Below are positions 30,229 through 39,394 of a stretch of 64,000 bases of DNA, piece after piece. This DNA comes from an uncultured Candidatus Micrarchaeota archaeon (GTDB lineage: Archaea > Micrarchaeota > Micrarchaeia > Burarchaeales > Fermentimicrarchaeaceae). Below the pieces are notes generated by a model. That model was not told where the DNA came from and did no database searches. It saw only the letters and a program-made list of their open reading frames with translations. The DNA lies in the NCBI GenBank assembly GCA_963760615.1, contig CAVXDX010000003.1, positions 104,718-168,717 of the forward strand, read 5' to 3'. Positions within the stretch are counted from its first letter, which is position 1, and every line of letters begins with the position of its first letter. The translations under genes and the position numbers were made by a program.

Positions 30229-31282
30229 TACTGACTTTCAAAATAAGACACAACAAGGATTTCAGCAATGAGTTAAGGAAGGCAAAACAGATAGCGGAGT
30301 GTGCAGTAAAAACAAGAACGCAGTCAAGTAAGGATGTCAAGCAATTTGGATTGAAGTCCATAATATCAAACCAAATCTTAAGAAAATATTCAAGAAACAA
30401 GAGGGTTAAGGATGTGAAGAATGTCAATCTGACCATCCCCAGTCAGGGAATAACGCTTGACAAGAAACACAGGGAAATCAGGATACCGTCATTGAAGTTG
30501 TCTCTTGGATACAACTTCCGAGATTTTGAAAAGATAAACCAGATTGAGATAGACAAAGAATATGCATTCATCTCTGTGACAGTCAGGGAGATGCCCCAGA
30601 TAAAACCTGATGTCTGGCTGGGTATAGACAGGAATACAACAGGACATGTTGCCGTCATGGCAAACCCCCAGACAGGCAAGGTATTGAAGCTGGGAAAGGA
30701 GGCTGGGCATATACATAGCAAATACAAAAGCATGAGGAGAGAATTGCAGAAAAGCGGCAAATACAGAAAGGTAAAGGAAATCAGGAACCGTGAAAGCAGG
30801 ATTATCAGGGATTTGAACCACAAGATGGCAAAGAAAATTGTAGAAGTTGCAGAGGAGAACCATGCAGGATTGAAACTTGAGGATTTGAAAGGCATAAGAA
30901 GCAACAGGAAGCATAAGAAGGGATTCAACTACAATTTGCATTCCTGGTCATTCTTCCAGCTTCAGAAGTTCATTGAATACAAGGCAAAACTTCATGGCGT
31001 TCCGATAACCTATGTAGAGCCTGAAAACACATCAAAGGAGTGCTCAAGGTGTGGAAGCATAGGAATTAGGGAAGGAAAGAACTTTAAGTGCCAATGCTGC
31101 GGACACGTTGACCATGCTGATGTGAATGCATCGTTCAATATTGCATTGCGTCAAGGCATAGGTCAGTTGCATGCAGACAGTGATGCATGCAAAGGGAGTA
31201 CTGATACCCCTAAAGATGCAACGTTGATGAACGACAACGACTTCAGAACCCCACATGCTTTAGCGGTGGGGGTATGTCAGAA
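30141..31282 (+). mobile_element. IS200/IS605-family (IS1341-like, tnpB-only) insertion element
   Basis: Left-end hairpin CCCACACTCTTCAGAGGTGGG (30149-30169), tnpB ORF, right-end hairpin CCCACATGCTTTAGCGGTGGG (31249-31270) followed by GGTATGTCAG; tnpB reads through the end into flanking DNA for 7 codons. Confidence 0.6.
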
Positions 31283-31301
31283 AAAGTATTTTATTAAGTA
31301 A
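30225..31301 (+). CDS. tnpB: TnpB (IS605 OrfB) RNA-guided endonuclease-type transposase accessory protein
   Basis: N-terminus TFKIRHNKDFSNEL, RuvC-I WLGIDRN, RuvC-II E in EDLKG, zinc finger CSRCG...CQCCGHVDHADVNASFNIA. Confidence 0.85.
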   Translation: MILTFKIRHNKDFSNELRKAKQIAECAVKTRTQSSKDVKQFGLKSIISNQILRKYSRNKRVKDVKNVNLTIPSQGITLDKKHREIRIPSLKLSLGYNFRDFEKINQIEIDKEYAFISVTVREMPQIKPDVWLGIDRNTTGHVAVMANPQTGKVLKLGKEAGHIHSKYKSMRRELQKSGKYRKVKEIRNRESRIIRDLNHKMAKKIVEVAEENHAGLKLEDLKGIRSNRKHKKGFNYNLHSWSFFQLQKFIEYKAKLHGVPITYVEPENTSKECSRCGSIGIREGKNFKCQCCGHVDHADVNASFNIALRQGIGQLHADSDACKGSTDTPKDATLMNDNDFRTPHALAVGVCQKKYFIK

Positions 31302-31757
31302 TGTACCTATAATATTTGAGCATCGGGGAATCAGGGGGCAGACGCCTGTCTAACAGGCTGGAGAATGATTCACCATCATAATTCCACTACCCCTGCCCCA
31401 AAGCAAGCTTAATATACTCTCAGTTCAAATTACTATGTGGTGATATGGTGAGTTGCTTTTCAAAACAAAGAAAAAGGAGGATGGAGAAACGAGCGAAAAG
31501 AGCGGAAAGCAGGAGGTTTGGTGGGAGACGTAGGTAACTATTTCCTATTTCTTGCTTCATCGTTTGGACTTATGATAAATTGAAGAAAAACGCCTTTACA
31601 ACTTCACCGACGAGACGATACTGGAAAGAGCCGACTGATTTTACTGTTTTTCACGATATAACTTATACTCGAACTGAAACTGCTGTTCCTTGAATTGACA
31701 GAAAGCTTTTTAAGGTTCAATCTCCTATATCCTCCACCGTTTTAAGGTATAGTATCG

Positions 31758-32273
31758 ATGACCAAACAAGAGGTGTTTGAGATGAAGAGTTACGTGAAAT
31801 TCGAGACTCCGAAAGAAGTTGCTGAGAAAGCCTACGAAGCAGTCCAGATAGCAAAAGACACAGGTAGAGTGAGGAAGGGAACCAACGAGGCAACGAAGAT
31901 AATTGAGAAGGGAGATGCCGCCCTGATTGTCATAGCGGAGGATGTGGACCCCGAGGAGGTTGTAATCCACCTCCCAATGCTGTGCGACGAGAAGAATATA
32001 CCCTATGTCTATGTTCCTTCAAAGAAGGATTTGGGCAAGTCCGCAGGCCTTGAAGTGGGCTGCGCTGCAGTCGGGATAGAGAAGGCCGGCAATGCTACCG
32101 AGATTATCAGCGACATAGTGGCAAAACTGAAGAGGCCGAAGCCAGAGGCAAAGCCTGAAGAGACAAAGGCTGCTGAGCCGGAGCAAGAGAAGCCAAAGAG
32201 GGCGAGGAAGCCAAGGAAGAAGGAGGAGCCGGCAGCTGAGAAGCCAGCAGAGAAAGCTGAGAAGAGTGAGTGA
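31758..32273 (+). CDS. rpl7ae: ribosomal protein L7Ae with unusual about 50-aa Lys/Glu/Pro/Ala-rich C-terminal extension
   Basis: [31 protein letters not shown] core; tail [47 protein letters not shown]. Confidence 0.85.
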   Translation: MTKQEVFEMKSYVKFETPKEVAEKAYEAVQIAKDTGRVRKGTNEATKIIEKGDAALIVIAEDVDPEEVVIHLPMLCDEKNIPYVYVPSKKDLGKSAGLEVGCAAVGIEKAGNATEIISDIVAKLKRPKPEAKPEETKAAEPEQEKPKRARKPRKKEEPAAEKPAEKAEKSE

Positions 32274-32485
32274 GCAAGATGCCAGAGCCAGCAACTGCAG
32301 AAGTGGTTGAAGTCCTTGGGAAGACAGGCATATACGGAGAGGTCTACCAGGCAATGTGCAAGATACTGGACGGCAAGGACAAGGGGAGAGTCATAAGAAG
32401 GAACATAAAAGGCCCAATAAAGAGAGGGGATACCATAATACTGCTGGAAACTGAGAGGGAGGCCAAGCCCATAAAGGCGAAGTAG
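32270..32485 (+). CDS. rps28e: ribosomal protein S28e
   Basis: [26 protein letters not shown]...[14 protein letters not shown]. Confidence 0.85.
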   Translation: MSKMPEPATAEVVEVLGKTGIYGEVYQAMCKILDGKDKGRVIRRNIKGPIKRGDTIILLETEREAKPIKAK

Positions 32486-32499
32486 AAGCAGGTAATCGT

Positions 32500-32667
32500 A
32501 TGAAATGCTCATTTTGTGGCGAGGAGATTGGAAGGGGGAAGGGAACCTTGTACGTGAAGAAGGATGGCAGCACGCTCAGCTTCTGCTCCTCAAAATGCAG
32601 GAGGAATATGCTGAAGCTGAAGAGGAACCCTAGAAAGCTTAAGTGGACTACCAGATACCAGGCATAG
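32500..32667 (+). CDS. rpl24e: ribosomal protein L24e
   Basis: 55-aa ORF MKCSFCGEEIGRGKGTLYVKKDGSTLSFCSSKCRRNMLKLKRNPRKLKW; classic L7Ae-S28e-L24e order. Confidence 0.8.
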   Translation: MKCSFCGEEIGRGKGTLYVKKDGSTLSFCSSKCRRNMLKLKRNPRKLKWTTRYQA

Positions 32668-32680
32668 ATTGGGTGGTTAG

Positions 32681-33064
32681 ATGGGGAGCGAGCATTACAA
32701 GAAAGGATTAAAGATATTTGAAAAGGTTTACAAAGAAAATGCAGCAAGCACGTTAAAAAAAATTAAAAGCTACGATGAAGAGCTTGCTGATGTGTTGATT
32801 GATACTGCCTATGGAAGAATCCTCTCCAGACCCGCTTTAGATTTAAAAACAAAGGAATTGTGCATAGTCTCAATGCTTATTCCTCTTGGGAGAACTCTTG
32901 CTTTGAAGAGGCACATCAATGGCGCCTTAAACGCAGGAGTCAAGCCCGAGCATCTCAAAGAAGTTCTTGTAGCCAGTCATCTCTATGTCGGCTGGCCCCT
33001 GTGTCTTGATGCATTTGACGTATTTCACGAAGTTTTGGAGGAAAGGAAAAAGAAGCTAAGGTGA
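32681..33064 (+). CDS. carboxymuconolactone decarboxylase-family (AhpD-like) protein
   Basis: 127 aa with CMD-family helical motif (LCIVSMLIPLGRTLALKRHINGALNAG). Confidence 0.55.
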   Translation: MGSEHYKKGLKIFEKVYKENAASTLKKIKSYDEELADVLIDTAYGRILSRPALDLKTKELCIVSMLIPLGRTLALKRHINGALNAGVKPEHLKEVLVASHLYVGWPLCLDAFDVFHEVLEERKKKLR

Positions 33065-33068
33065 TTAT

Positions 33069-33488
33069 TTGGAGAGAACTTTTGTAATGCTGAAGCCCGA
33101 CGCAATTAAAAAGGGCATTGCCGGAGAGGTCATCTCGCGTCTTGAGAGGGCTGGCTTGAAGATAATTGGGATGAAGATGATTCAGCTCACTGAGAAGATG
33201 TGCAGGGAGCATTATGCGCATCATGTTGGGAAGCCTTTCTTCCAAAGTCTTGTTAAGTTCATGTGCTCCTCACCGGTCATATGCATGGTTCTTGAGGGAG
33301 AGAATGCAGTTGAAAAAGTGAGGGAGCTTGCCGGCCCCACGGACTCAAAGAAGGCGCCAAAAGGTACAATACGCGGGGATTTCGGCACCGATGTGCAGGC
33401 CAATATAATTCACACCTCGGATTCGAAGGAGACTGCAGACGTCGAGGTGAAAAGGTTCTTCAAGAGTGATGAGATTTTTCGTTACTAA
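33069..33488 (+). CDS. ndk: nucleoside diphosphate kinase
   Basis: ERTFVMLKPDA, NIIHTSDS active-site motifs. Confidence 0.9.
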   Translation: MERTFVMLKPDAIKKGIAGEVISRLERAGLKIIGMKMIQLTEKMCREHYAHHVGKPFFQSLVKFMCSSPVICMVLEGENAVEKVRELAGPTDSKKAPKGTIRGDFGTDVQANIIHTSDSKETADVEVKRFFKSDEIFRY

Positions 33489-33504
33489 ATATCTGAGAAT
33501 CTCT

Positions 33505-34017
33505 ATGGGAGTGCTAAGCGACAGGGAGATAATCCAGCTGATTAGTGGAACTCCAAAGCTGCTTGAGAATCTTGTTGATAAAAAAATCCAGCTGCAGCCT
33601 GCGGGCGTTGACCTAACCCTGCGGGACATTTTTGAGTTCACCAGTGAAGGGACGATAGATTTCAGCAACAGGAAGAGAGTCATTTCAAAATGCAGGAGAA
33701 TTGGCTTCAAAGGAGGATTCGTAAATCTAAACTCCGGGGCTTACAAGGTGGTTTACAACGAGACGGTTCGCATACCAAGGGACTGCATAGCCTTGGCATT
33801 CCCGCGCTCATCGCTTCTCAGATGTGGGGCGTTCCTTCACTGTGCTGTTTGGGACCCCGGTTACGAGGGAAGGAGCGAGTCGCTTCTCATTGTATCCAAC
33901 CCGCATGGCATAAGGCTTGCCAGGAATGCAAGGCTGACCCAGCTCATATTCATCAAACTGTCCAAAAAATCAGAGAGGCAATACCGTGGAAAGTATCTTG
34001 CCGAGAATATCCTCTAG
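33505..34017 (+). CDS. dcd: dCTP deaminase / dUTPase family protein
   Basis: QPAGVDLTL, VWDPGYEGRSE motifs; start placed at ATG 33505 after the ndk stop. Confidence 0.75.
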   Translation: MGVLSDREIIQLISGTPKLLENLVDKKIQLQPAGVDLTLRDIFEFTSEGTIDFSNRKRVISKCRRIGFKGGFVNLNSGAYKVVYNETVRIPRDCIALAFPRSSLLRCGAFLHCAVWDPGYEGRSESLLIVSNPHGIRLARNARLTQLIFIKLSKKSERQYRGKYLAENIL

Positions 34018-34539
34018 CTAAGAATACCTGATAACCAGCGTTCCATTGACAAATTTAACCGCTCCTGTTTTTACTTCGGTATAAGTGACATACATGTTCC
34101 CGTAATAGATGTCGCCAACTGATGCATTGGGAACGCTCCAGCCATCCTGCCCCGTGCATATGACGATGTTCCCGCTGTTTCCGCCTGCTATGTAGTTCCT
34201 CTCCCCATTCGTTATAAGAACTGGGTTGCTAAGAAGCGGCATCACAGAAGGGTTGCCAATTCTGCTTGTGCACACGAAGGAAGTTATGTTTATCAATTTC
34301 CCGGTGTTCTGCACTAGCGAAATATCCAGTATGCCGTCTCTCCTGAGAGCTAGCGGTTGGTAGCACGAGAAGTTCCCATGAAACTCGCATACTCCATAAA
34401 ACGTTTGCACTGTAGGCACAGGCGTGTAGGGAGTGTTGAGGTAAAGGTATACCACAAGCAGAATTATAAGTGCCGAGGCAAGTCCGATTTCCCTGTTGGT
34501 CGCCTGTCCCCTTTTCATGCACTCAACTGCCGTAGCCAA
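34018..34539 (-). CDS. archaeal type IV pilin-like protein
   Basis: MKRGQATNREIGLASALIILLVV class III signal peptide. Confidence 0.55.
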   Translation of the reverse strand: MATAVECMKRGQATNREIGLASALIILLVVYLYLNTPYTPVPTVQTFYGVCEFHGNFSCYQPLALRRDGILDISLVQNTGKLINITSFVCTSRIGNPSVMPLLSNPVLITNGERNYIAGGNSGNIVICTGQDGWSVPNASVGDIYYGNMYVTYTEVKTGAVKFVNGTLVIRYS

Positions 34540-35305
34540 GTGTAACTTCGAACGGTCCGCTTGTCACCCCGGAAACGCTTGCGGTGACTACTGTATATCC
34601 AGTGGTCATCAAGAAAGCATGGGCAGTTCCGTTCACCGTTGGCGAATAATCATCTATAACTCCTATGGGAACATGGAAATGCACGAGCGTTCCGTCAGGT
34701 AATGGGTTTCCAAATGAATCAGTCACAGTAGCGGTTATATTCACGAACTCAGTCCCACCCGCAGTGTAGTTTCCTTTACTGCCTACTACTATATACTTCG
34801 GGTTTGGCGCGTAGGCAGGCGCCAGGCTTATGACAATCATCCCGTTTATATTCTGGGCGTACATCTGCCCGCCGGAGAAGCTGTAATTGCTCCCCTGCAG
34901 CACATACCCATAAGGTGTCCCATCAGGCAATGTGGCAACTATGCTGGGCACAACGACAACGTTGGTGGTTATGACAGGAAATGAGTGCGAGTAGTTCACA
35001 GTCCCAAGGCTGAATTGAATGTCAACGCTTTTTGAGATGTTATTCAGTATGATTGTATAGGGTGTAACGCCATCAAGCATAACTGGGTATATAATTTTTC
35101 TTGAGTAACCTGTGCCTGATCTAGCAGCAAGATTCAGCTCAGATGCAAACTGCTCGCCAACGCTATCAGCCAAGGCTTCTTTTGAACGTTCCATCTCTGC
35201 TGAACGCTGCTGGCTGAAGTTCGCCACAAAGATTGTGAAAATCAGCATTACGAACATGTATATGACCAGCAACTCGTTAGCGCTCTGACCCTTTGAGCTG
35301 ACCAT
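34523..35305 (-). CDS. archaeal type IV pilin-like protein
   Basis: MVSSKGQSANELLVIYMFVMLIF class III signal peptide. Confidence 0.55.
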   Translation of the reverse strand: MVSSKGQSANELLVIYMFVMLIFTIFVANFSQQRSAEMERSKEALADSVGEQFASELNLAARSGTGYSRKIIYPVMLDGVTPYTIILNNISKSVDIQFSLGTVNYSHSFPVITTNVVVVPSIVATLPDGTPYGYVLQGSNYSFSGGQMYAQNINGMIVISLAPAYAPNPKYIVVGSKGNYTAGGTEFVNITATVTDSFGNPLPDGTLVHFHVPIGVIDDYSPTVNGTAHAFLMTTGYTVVTASVSGVTSGPFEVTLGYGS

Positions 35306-35313
35306 GCTACCAC

Positions 35314-35775
35314 CTAACTCCTCTCAATGTAAACGCAGTTCTGCGTCGGATCAACCTGTGTGCAGTTGTCCTCAGCATATATCTTTATGAAATATGTTCC
35401 AGGCCTGGCTATTGTCGTAAGGTCCCCCGCGATATCCGTCACAGTCCATCCAACTATCTGCGTGGTGCCGGCACTTGTTCTCAGCGTGATCACCACTTCA
35501 TGCCCTATTCCTCCAGTAGCATTCCCAACTGATATACTGCCCACATTCTGCGGCATGAACACCTGTATGCTCATCTTTGCAGGGTATCCCTGCGCCCCAA
35601 CAACGTCGGCGTAGTTGGCTATCTTTGTTGCGGTCTGCTGGGCTTGCTGTATGGCAAGCTGGTCTGCCACATTAGCGCTTTGCAGGTATGCTATGAGAAG
35701 AAGAGGGAACATTATGGTCACTACAAACGCAACAGTTATCATTATCTCTGTGCTTGCCTGGGCCTTTACCCTCAT
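35314..35775 (-). CDS. archaeal type IV pilin-like protein
   Basis: MRVKAQASTEIMITVAFVVTIMF class III signal peptide. Confidence 0.55.
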   Translation of the reverse strand: MRVKAQASTEIMITVAFVVTIMFPLLLIAYLQSANVADQLAIQQAQQTATKIANYADVVGAQGYPAKMSIQVFMPQNVGSISVGNATGGIGHEVVITLRTSAGTTQIVGWTVTDIAGDLTTIARPGTYFIKIYAEDNCTQVDPTQNCVYIERS

Positions 35776-35803
35776 AGAATGAATAATATATGCGGATTAA
35801 ATA

Positions 35804-37165
35804 TTAAGCTTTTGGTAGAACGAGCCTCAGAGCAAGTCTCACAACCTCCCTTGCGCTGTTACCGAATATTATCAGAGAGGGTTCCTTGCCAACCTCCCCC
35901 CTGTGGTACACCACATCTGGGATGCCTTTTGCTCTTCTCACAGCGCTCCCTATGCCCCATGGAATAGTTGCACCTTCCTTTCTTTTAACGCTCCTCGGCT
36001 CCTCGCTCCTATCGTAAAAGGAGATTTTCAGCCTCATTTTCCTGCAGCTCTCCAAATTCCCTTCACTGAATCTTACATTCACCGCTGCTCTCCTAGAGCT
36101 GTCAAAATCCATCATCCTGAGCACAGCCCTGGCAAGGTGGGAGGAGGCCCCGAATCTCACCTTCCCGAGAGACCTTGGCTTTCCCATGGCATTCCTCACT
36201 CTGCCGACCACCCCGGCCACGTCTTCGATGCCTCTTGCGTCAGGAAGGGCGTAGACTATGTTCATGCCAACCTCAGGGATGAGGGAAGAGAGCTTCTCGT
36301 GCTTTTCAATATCATCCAGTGCAGCTTCCACATCGCTGATGACTGCGCATCTCACCCCCTCCTGCATAAGCTTTGCCATGGGCTCAACCGCTTCAATGCC
36401 TCTTCCAATCTTCACGCTGTTGCCTAAAGCATCATCAATGAACTTCTCGCTTATCTCAAAAGCATCCTCAATTCCAAGCCCTTTTGCAAGGGATGCCGCA
36501 AGTGCTGATGAGAAGCAGCAGCCTCCTCCGTGTGTTCCAGTTGCAATCCTATTCTTTCTGAAAATCCTGAATTTTTCGTGCAGTGTGACATCGCTTATCA
36601 TCCTGCCATCACTCACTCCTTTAATCACAACAGCTTCCGCCCCACTGGCTACAAGGATTTTAGCTGCCCTCCTCGCATCACCAATACCTCTCACCCTTAC
36701 CCCGCTAAGTTTCTCTGCCTCAAATGAATTCGGGGTAACTATCCTGCAGAGTTTCAGCAGTATTCCCATACTCCTGATGCTTTCACTCTTGATGAGCCAG
36801 CTTGAGTCGGACTGGGCGGTCATCACAGGGTCCAGCACAATATTTCTTGCTTTCCATTTCCTCAGCCCCTCCAAAACTGCCCTTGTTATCCCGCTGTCGC
36901 CAAGCATCCCTATCTTTACTGCCCTCACTTTCATATCAGAAAAAACAGAATCAATCTGTTGCGATATCGCATCAGGAGGCAGGTAAAAGATTTTCTGGAC
37001 TCCCTTTGTATTCTGTGATGCTATAGCAGTTATTACCGCTGCCGAATGCACACCGAGAGCTGCGAATGTCTTAACGTCAGCTTCCACGCCAGCAGCTCCT
37101 GTCGTCGAGGAGCCGCCTATAGTTAATGCAATAACCGGCTCCGGATGAGCAGTCACCCTATCCAC
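35804..37165 (-). CDS. thiDN: bifunctional ThiD (HMP/HMP-P kinase) - ThiN (thiamine-phosphate synthase) protein ThiDN
   Basis: N-terminal ThiD ALTIGGSSTTGAAGVEADVKTFAALGVH; about 450 aa, length typical of archaeal ThiDN. Confidence 0.75.
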   Translation of the reverse strand: MDRVTAHPEPVIALTIGGSSTTGAAGVEADVKTFAALGVHSAAVITAIASQNTKGVQKIFYLPPDAISQQIDSVFSDMKVRAVKIGMLGDSGITRAVLEGLRKWKARNIVLDPVMTAQSDSSWLIKSESIRSMGILLKLCRIVTPNSFEAEKLSGVRVRGIGDARRAAKILVASGAEAVVIKGVSDGRMISDVTLHEKFRIFRKNRIATGTHGGGCCFSSALAASLAKGLGIEDAFEISEKFIDDALGNSVKIGRGIEAVEPMAKLMQEGVRCAVISDVEAALDDIEKHEKLSSLIPEVGMNIVYALPDARGIEDVAGVVGRVRNAMGKPRSLGKVRFGASSHLARAVLRMMDFDSSRRAAVNVRFSEGNLESCRKMRLKISFYDRSEEPRSVKRKEGATIPWGIGSAVRRAKGIPDVVYHRGEVGKEPSLIIFGNSAREVVRLALRLVLPKA

Positions 37166-38253
37166 CTTTCAGTCTTCCTGCGGTTAGTCTTTGTCCTGTC
37201 AACCCTGCCCTCTTTCTCCTTGTGGAGTATTTTTTCCATCTCATCCAGAAATGCCTTCAGAGCCTTCTCCAAATTCCAGCCGAAGGAACTTGCAGTGAAT
37301 ACTATTCCCCTTCCCATCAATCTCCCGTGTACAGAGTATTTTTTCCCATGCTTCTTGAAGTGGAGCGATATATAATCGACATCAAAGCTCTTCTTGAGCT
37401 TGCTGAGCATCTTCCTAACTTCCTCGTTTATATCCTCAACAAGCATCTTATCATTCTCCTCCAGCCCCGAGATATAAATCCCGATTTCCTCTGGCTTGAC
37501 CAGTGATGAGAAGAGGTCTCTTGCGCTGATGATTCCAACCGGTTTTCCGCCGCTCTCAACTATTAGCGTAGCAACATCTCCCTCTATGAGCTTCTTGGCG
37601 CTCTCGCTCAGACTCTCCTCAGGCTTTATGGTGTATACATCCTCTCTCATTATTGAGGAAATCTCAATGTCGTCAATATTACTCTTGCTGCTTCTCAGCG
37701 GCAGCTTATCCTTGGGCTTGTCAAGCAGGTTCGCCAGATCATATGCGGTGAGGACACCGGCAAGCTTTCCCTCCTCAGTAACGGCAAGTTTTCCGTACTG
37801 GTTGCCGTACATCCTTGATTTCGCTTTCCCCAGTAAAGTTGTGCTCTCTACCCTTGGAACCTGCCTGTCCATTACATCTTCAACTTTCATCCTCTCAAGA
37901 AGTTTCCGCTCCATCAGAATGCGCAGCACATCATTCCTCGCAAGAACCCCCACAAGTTTGTCATCATCCATCACCGGCAGCGCCCTGTACGGTCCGCTGA
38001 AGAAAAGCCTGCATATGTTGATTATGCTTGTTTTCTTCGTTATCGTGGGAGCATGTATGGCGATGTGACCGACCTTGGCGCTGGGCTTTGCAGCTGAGCT
38101 GATAAGCGTCCAGTCGTCAACTATGCCAACGTATTTCTTATCCTTCACAACAACTATGCAAGTCTTATGCCTCGGAAGCTCGCTTATAGCCCTTGTTATA
38201 GACTCTTCGGAGTCAAGCGTAAAAGCATCCTTTATCATTTCAAAAGGCTCCAT
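37153..38253 (-). CDS. 4xCBS-domain protein with C-terminal RaiA/HPF (ribosomal S30AE)-like domain
   Basis: Four CBS repeats; C-terminal segment KKSFDVDYISLHFKKHGKKYSVHGRLMGRGIVFTASSFGWNLEKALKAFLDEMEKILHKEKE parallels the HPF/YfiA core (…[28 protein letters not shown]…). Confidence 0.5.
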   Translation of the reverse strand: MEPFEMIKDAFTLDSEESITRAISELPRHKTCIVVVKDKKYVGIVDDWTLISSAAKPSAKVGHIAIHAPTITKKTSIINICRLFFSGPYRALPVMDDDKLVGVLARNDVLRILMERKLLERMKVEDVMDRQVPRVESTTLLGKAKSRMYGNQYGKLAVTEEGKLAGVLTAYDLANLLDKPKDKLPLRSSKSNIDDIEISSIMREDVYTIKPEESLSESAKKLIEGDVATLIVESGGKPVGIISARDLFSSLVKPEEIGIYISGLEENDKMLVEDINEEVRKMLSKLKKSFDVDYISLHFKKHGKKYSVHGRLMGRGIVFTASSFGWNLEKALKAFLDEMEKILHKEKEGRVDRTKTNRRKTERWIG

Positions 38254-38304
38254 GTCTTCACCCCTCCATATTATTTAAAAGGGCAATAAATTAATACTGT
38301 TTGC

Positions 38305-39285
38305 ATGAAAGCATCCGAGCTTGGCGAGAGGAAGCTTATAGCACTCCTGATTAGAGGGCTCTACAGGAACCGGAGGGTGCTTGTTGGGGCAGGGGAGGAC
38401 GATGCAGCCCTCATAAGCTTTGGGGATAAAGAGCTTGTTGCGAAATCAGACATAATGTTCAGGTCAACGCACTTTCCAAGGGGGATGAAGCCCGAGGCTA
38501 TTGGGAGGAAGGTGGCGGTTGCAAACATAAGCGATTTGGCTGCCATGGGTGCATCTCCGCTTGCCACCCTTTTCTCATTCGGCCTGCCGCCCAGGTTTGA
38601 TGTTTCAGAATTCGCCAGAATAATCAAAGGAATAAATGCAGTCTGTATTGAATACGACGCCCCCTACGTTGGAGGTGATACCAAAAAGGCAAAGGAGCTG
38701 AGCATATGCGGCATTGCCCTCGGAGAAATTGGAAGAGGCGAGGCGATAAGAAGATGCAATGCGCGTGCCGGGGATGTTGTCGCGGTTACCGGTGAAATAG
38801 GAGATGCCGCGCTTGGCTTGGAGATACTTCTGAAAGGAATGAAAACCGGTAAATACGGCAAACTTGTCAATGCATTCCTCAACCCCTCGGCAAGGGTGAA
38901 GGAAGGCAGGGTAATAGCCCAGTGCAAAATAGGAGCTGCCGGTATGGATATAACAGATGGGTTGTTCTTCTCTGCAGGAGAGATAGCCCGCATGAGCGGA
39001 GTTTGTCTCTCGCTTGACAGGTGGAGCATACCCATTTCGAAGGAAGCTAGGAAGTTTGCAGAAGAGCATAATGTGAAGGAAAACTATCTTCTGAACAACG
39101 GAGAGGACTACGAACTTATCGTGACCATAAAAAGAGAGAGATTTGAAAAGGTCAGGAGCAAAGTTGAAGATGTTGGTGGCTCGCTAATGCAAATTGGAAA
39201 TGTCGTAAGGGGAAAAGGGGTTCTCATTGATGGAAGAAGGGTAAAAACTGCAGGTTATGACTCTCTGAACTATCCCGGAGCATAA
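38305..39285 (+). CDS. thiL: thiamine-monophosphate kinase
   Basis: AIR-synthase-related fold, GEDDAALI N-terminal motif, 326 aa. Confidence 0.8.
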   Translation: MKASELGERKLIALLIRGLYRNRRVLVGAGEDDAALISFGDKELVAKSDIMFRSTHFPRGMKPEAIGRKVAVANISDLAAMGASPLATLFSFGLPPRFDVSEFARIIKGINAVCIEYDAPYVGGDTKKAKELSICGIALGEIGRGEAIRRCNARAGDVVAVTGEIGDAALGLEILLKGMKTGKYGKLVNAFLNPSARVKEGRVIAQCKIGAAGMDITDGLFFSAGEIARMSGVCLSLDRWSIPISKEARKFAEEHNVKENYLLNNGEDYELIVTIKRERFEKVRSKVEDVGGSLMQIGNVVRGKGVLIDGRRVKTAGYDSLNYPGA

Positions 39286-39322
39286 GGGTTTTTAATATAT
39301 AAAAAGAAAACTTATTCTACAT

Positions 39323-39394
39323 GGGCTCGTAGTCGAATGGTAAGACGTCACCCTGACACGGTGAAAACTCCCGGTTCGATCCCGGGCGGGCCCA
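39323..39394 (+). tRNA. tRNA-Val (anticodon GAC)
   Basis: Cloverleaf: acceptor GGGCTCG/CGGGCCC, anticodon stem TCACC/GGTGA with loop CTGACAC, T-arm CCCGG-TTCGATC-CCGGG, A73; TATA-like TTTAATATATAAAAAG at 39287-39302. Confidence 0.85.

Noticed and set aside
31540-31640. Possible C/D-box sRNA (TATGATAA ... CTGA) in the 456-nt gap between the tnpB element and L7Ae
   Set aside because: The box sequences are imperfect (UAUGAUAA rather than RUGAUGA), the spacing of about 90 nt is longer than typical archaeal C/D sRNAs, and there is no clear C' or D' pair, so this is not supportable without expression or covariance data.
32009-32512. Minus-strand ORFs of 111-167 aa with Leu/Ser/Ala-rich repetitive sequence
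   Set aside because: They are antisense to the GAG/AAG-rich L7Ae tail and S28e, a mirror-frame artefact of the low-complexity region.
36258-36986. 242-aa plus-strand ORF
   Set aside because: It is antisense to ThiDN, Ser/Leu/Pro-rich, with no motifs.
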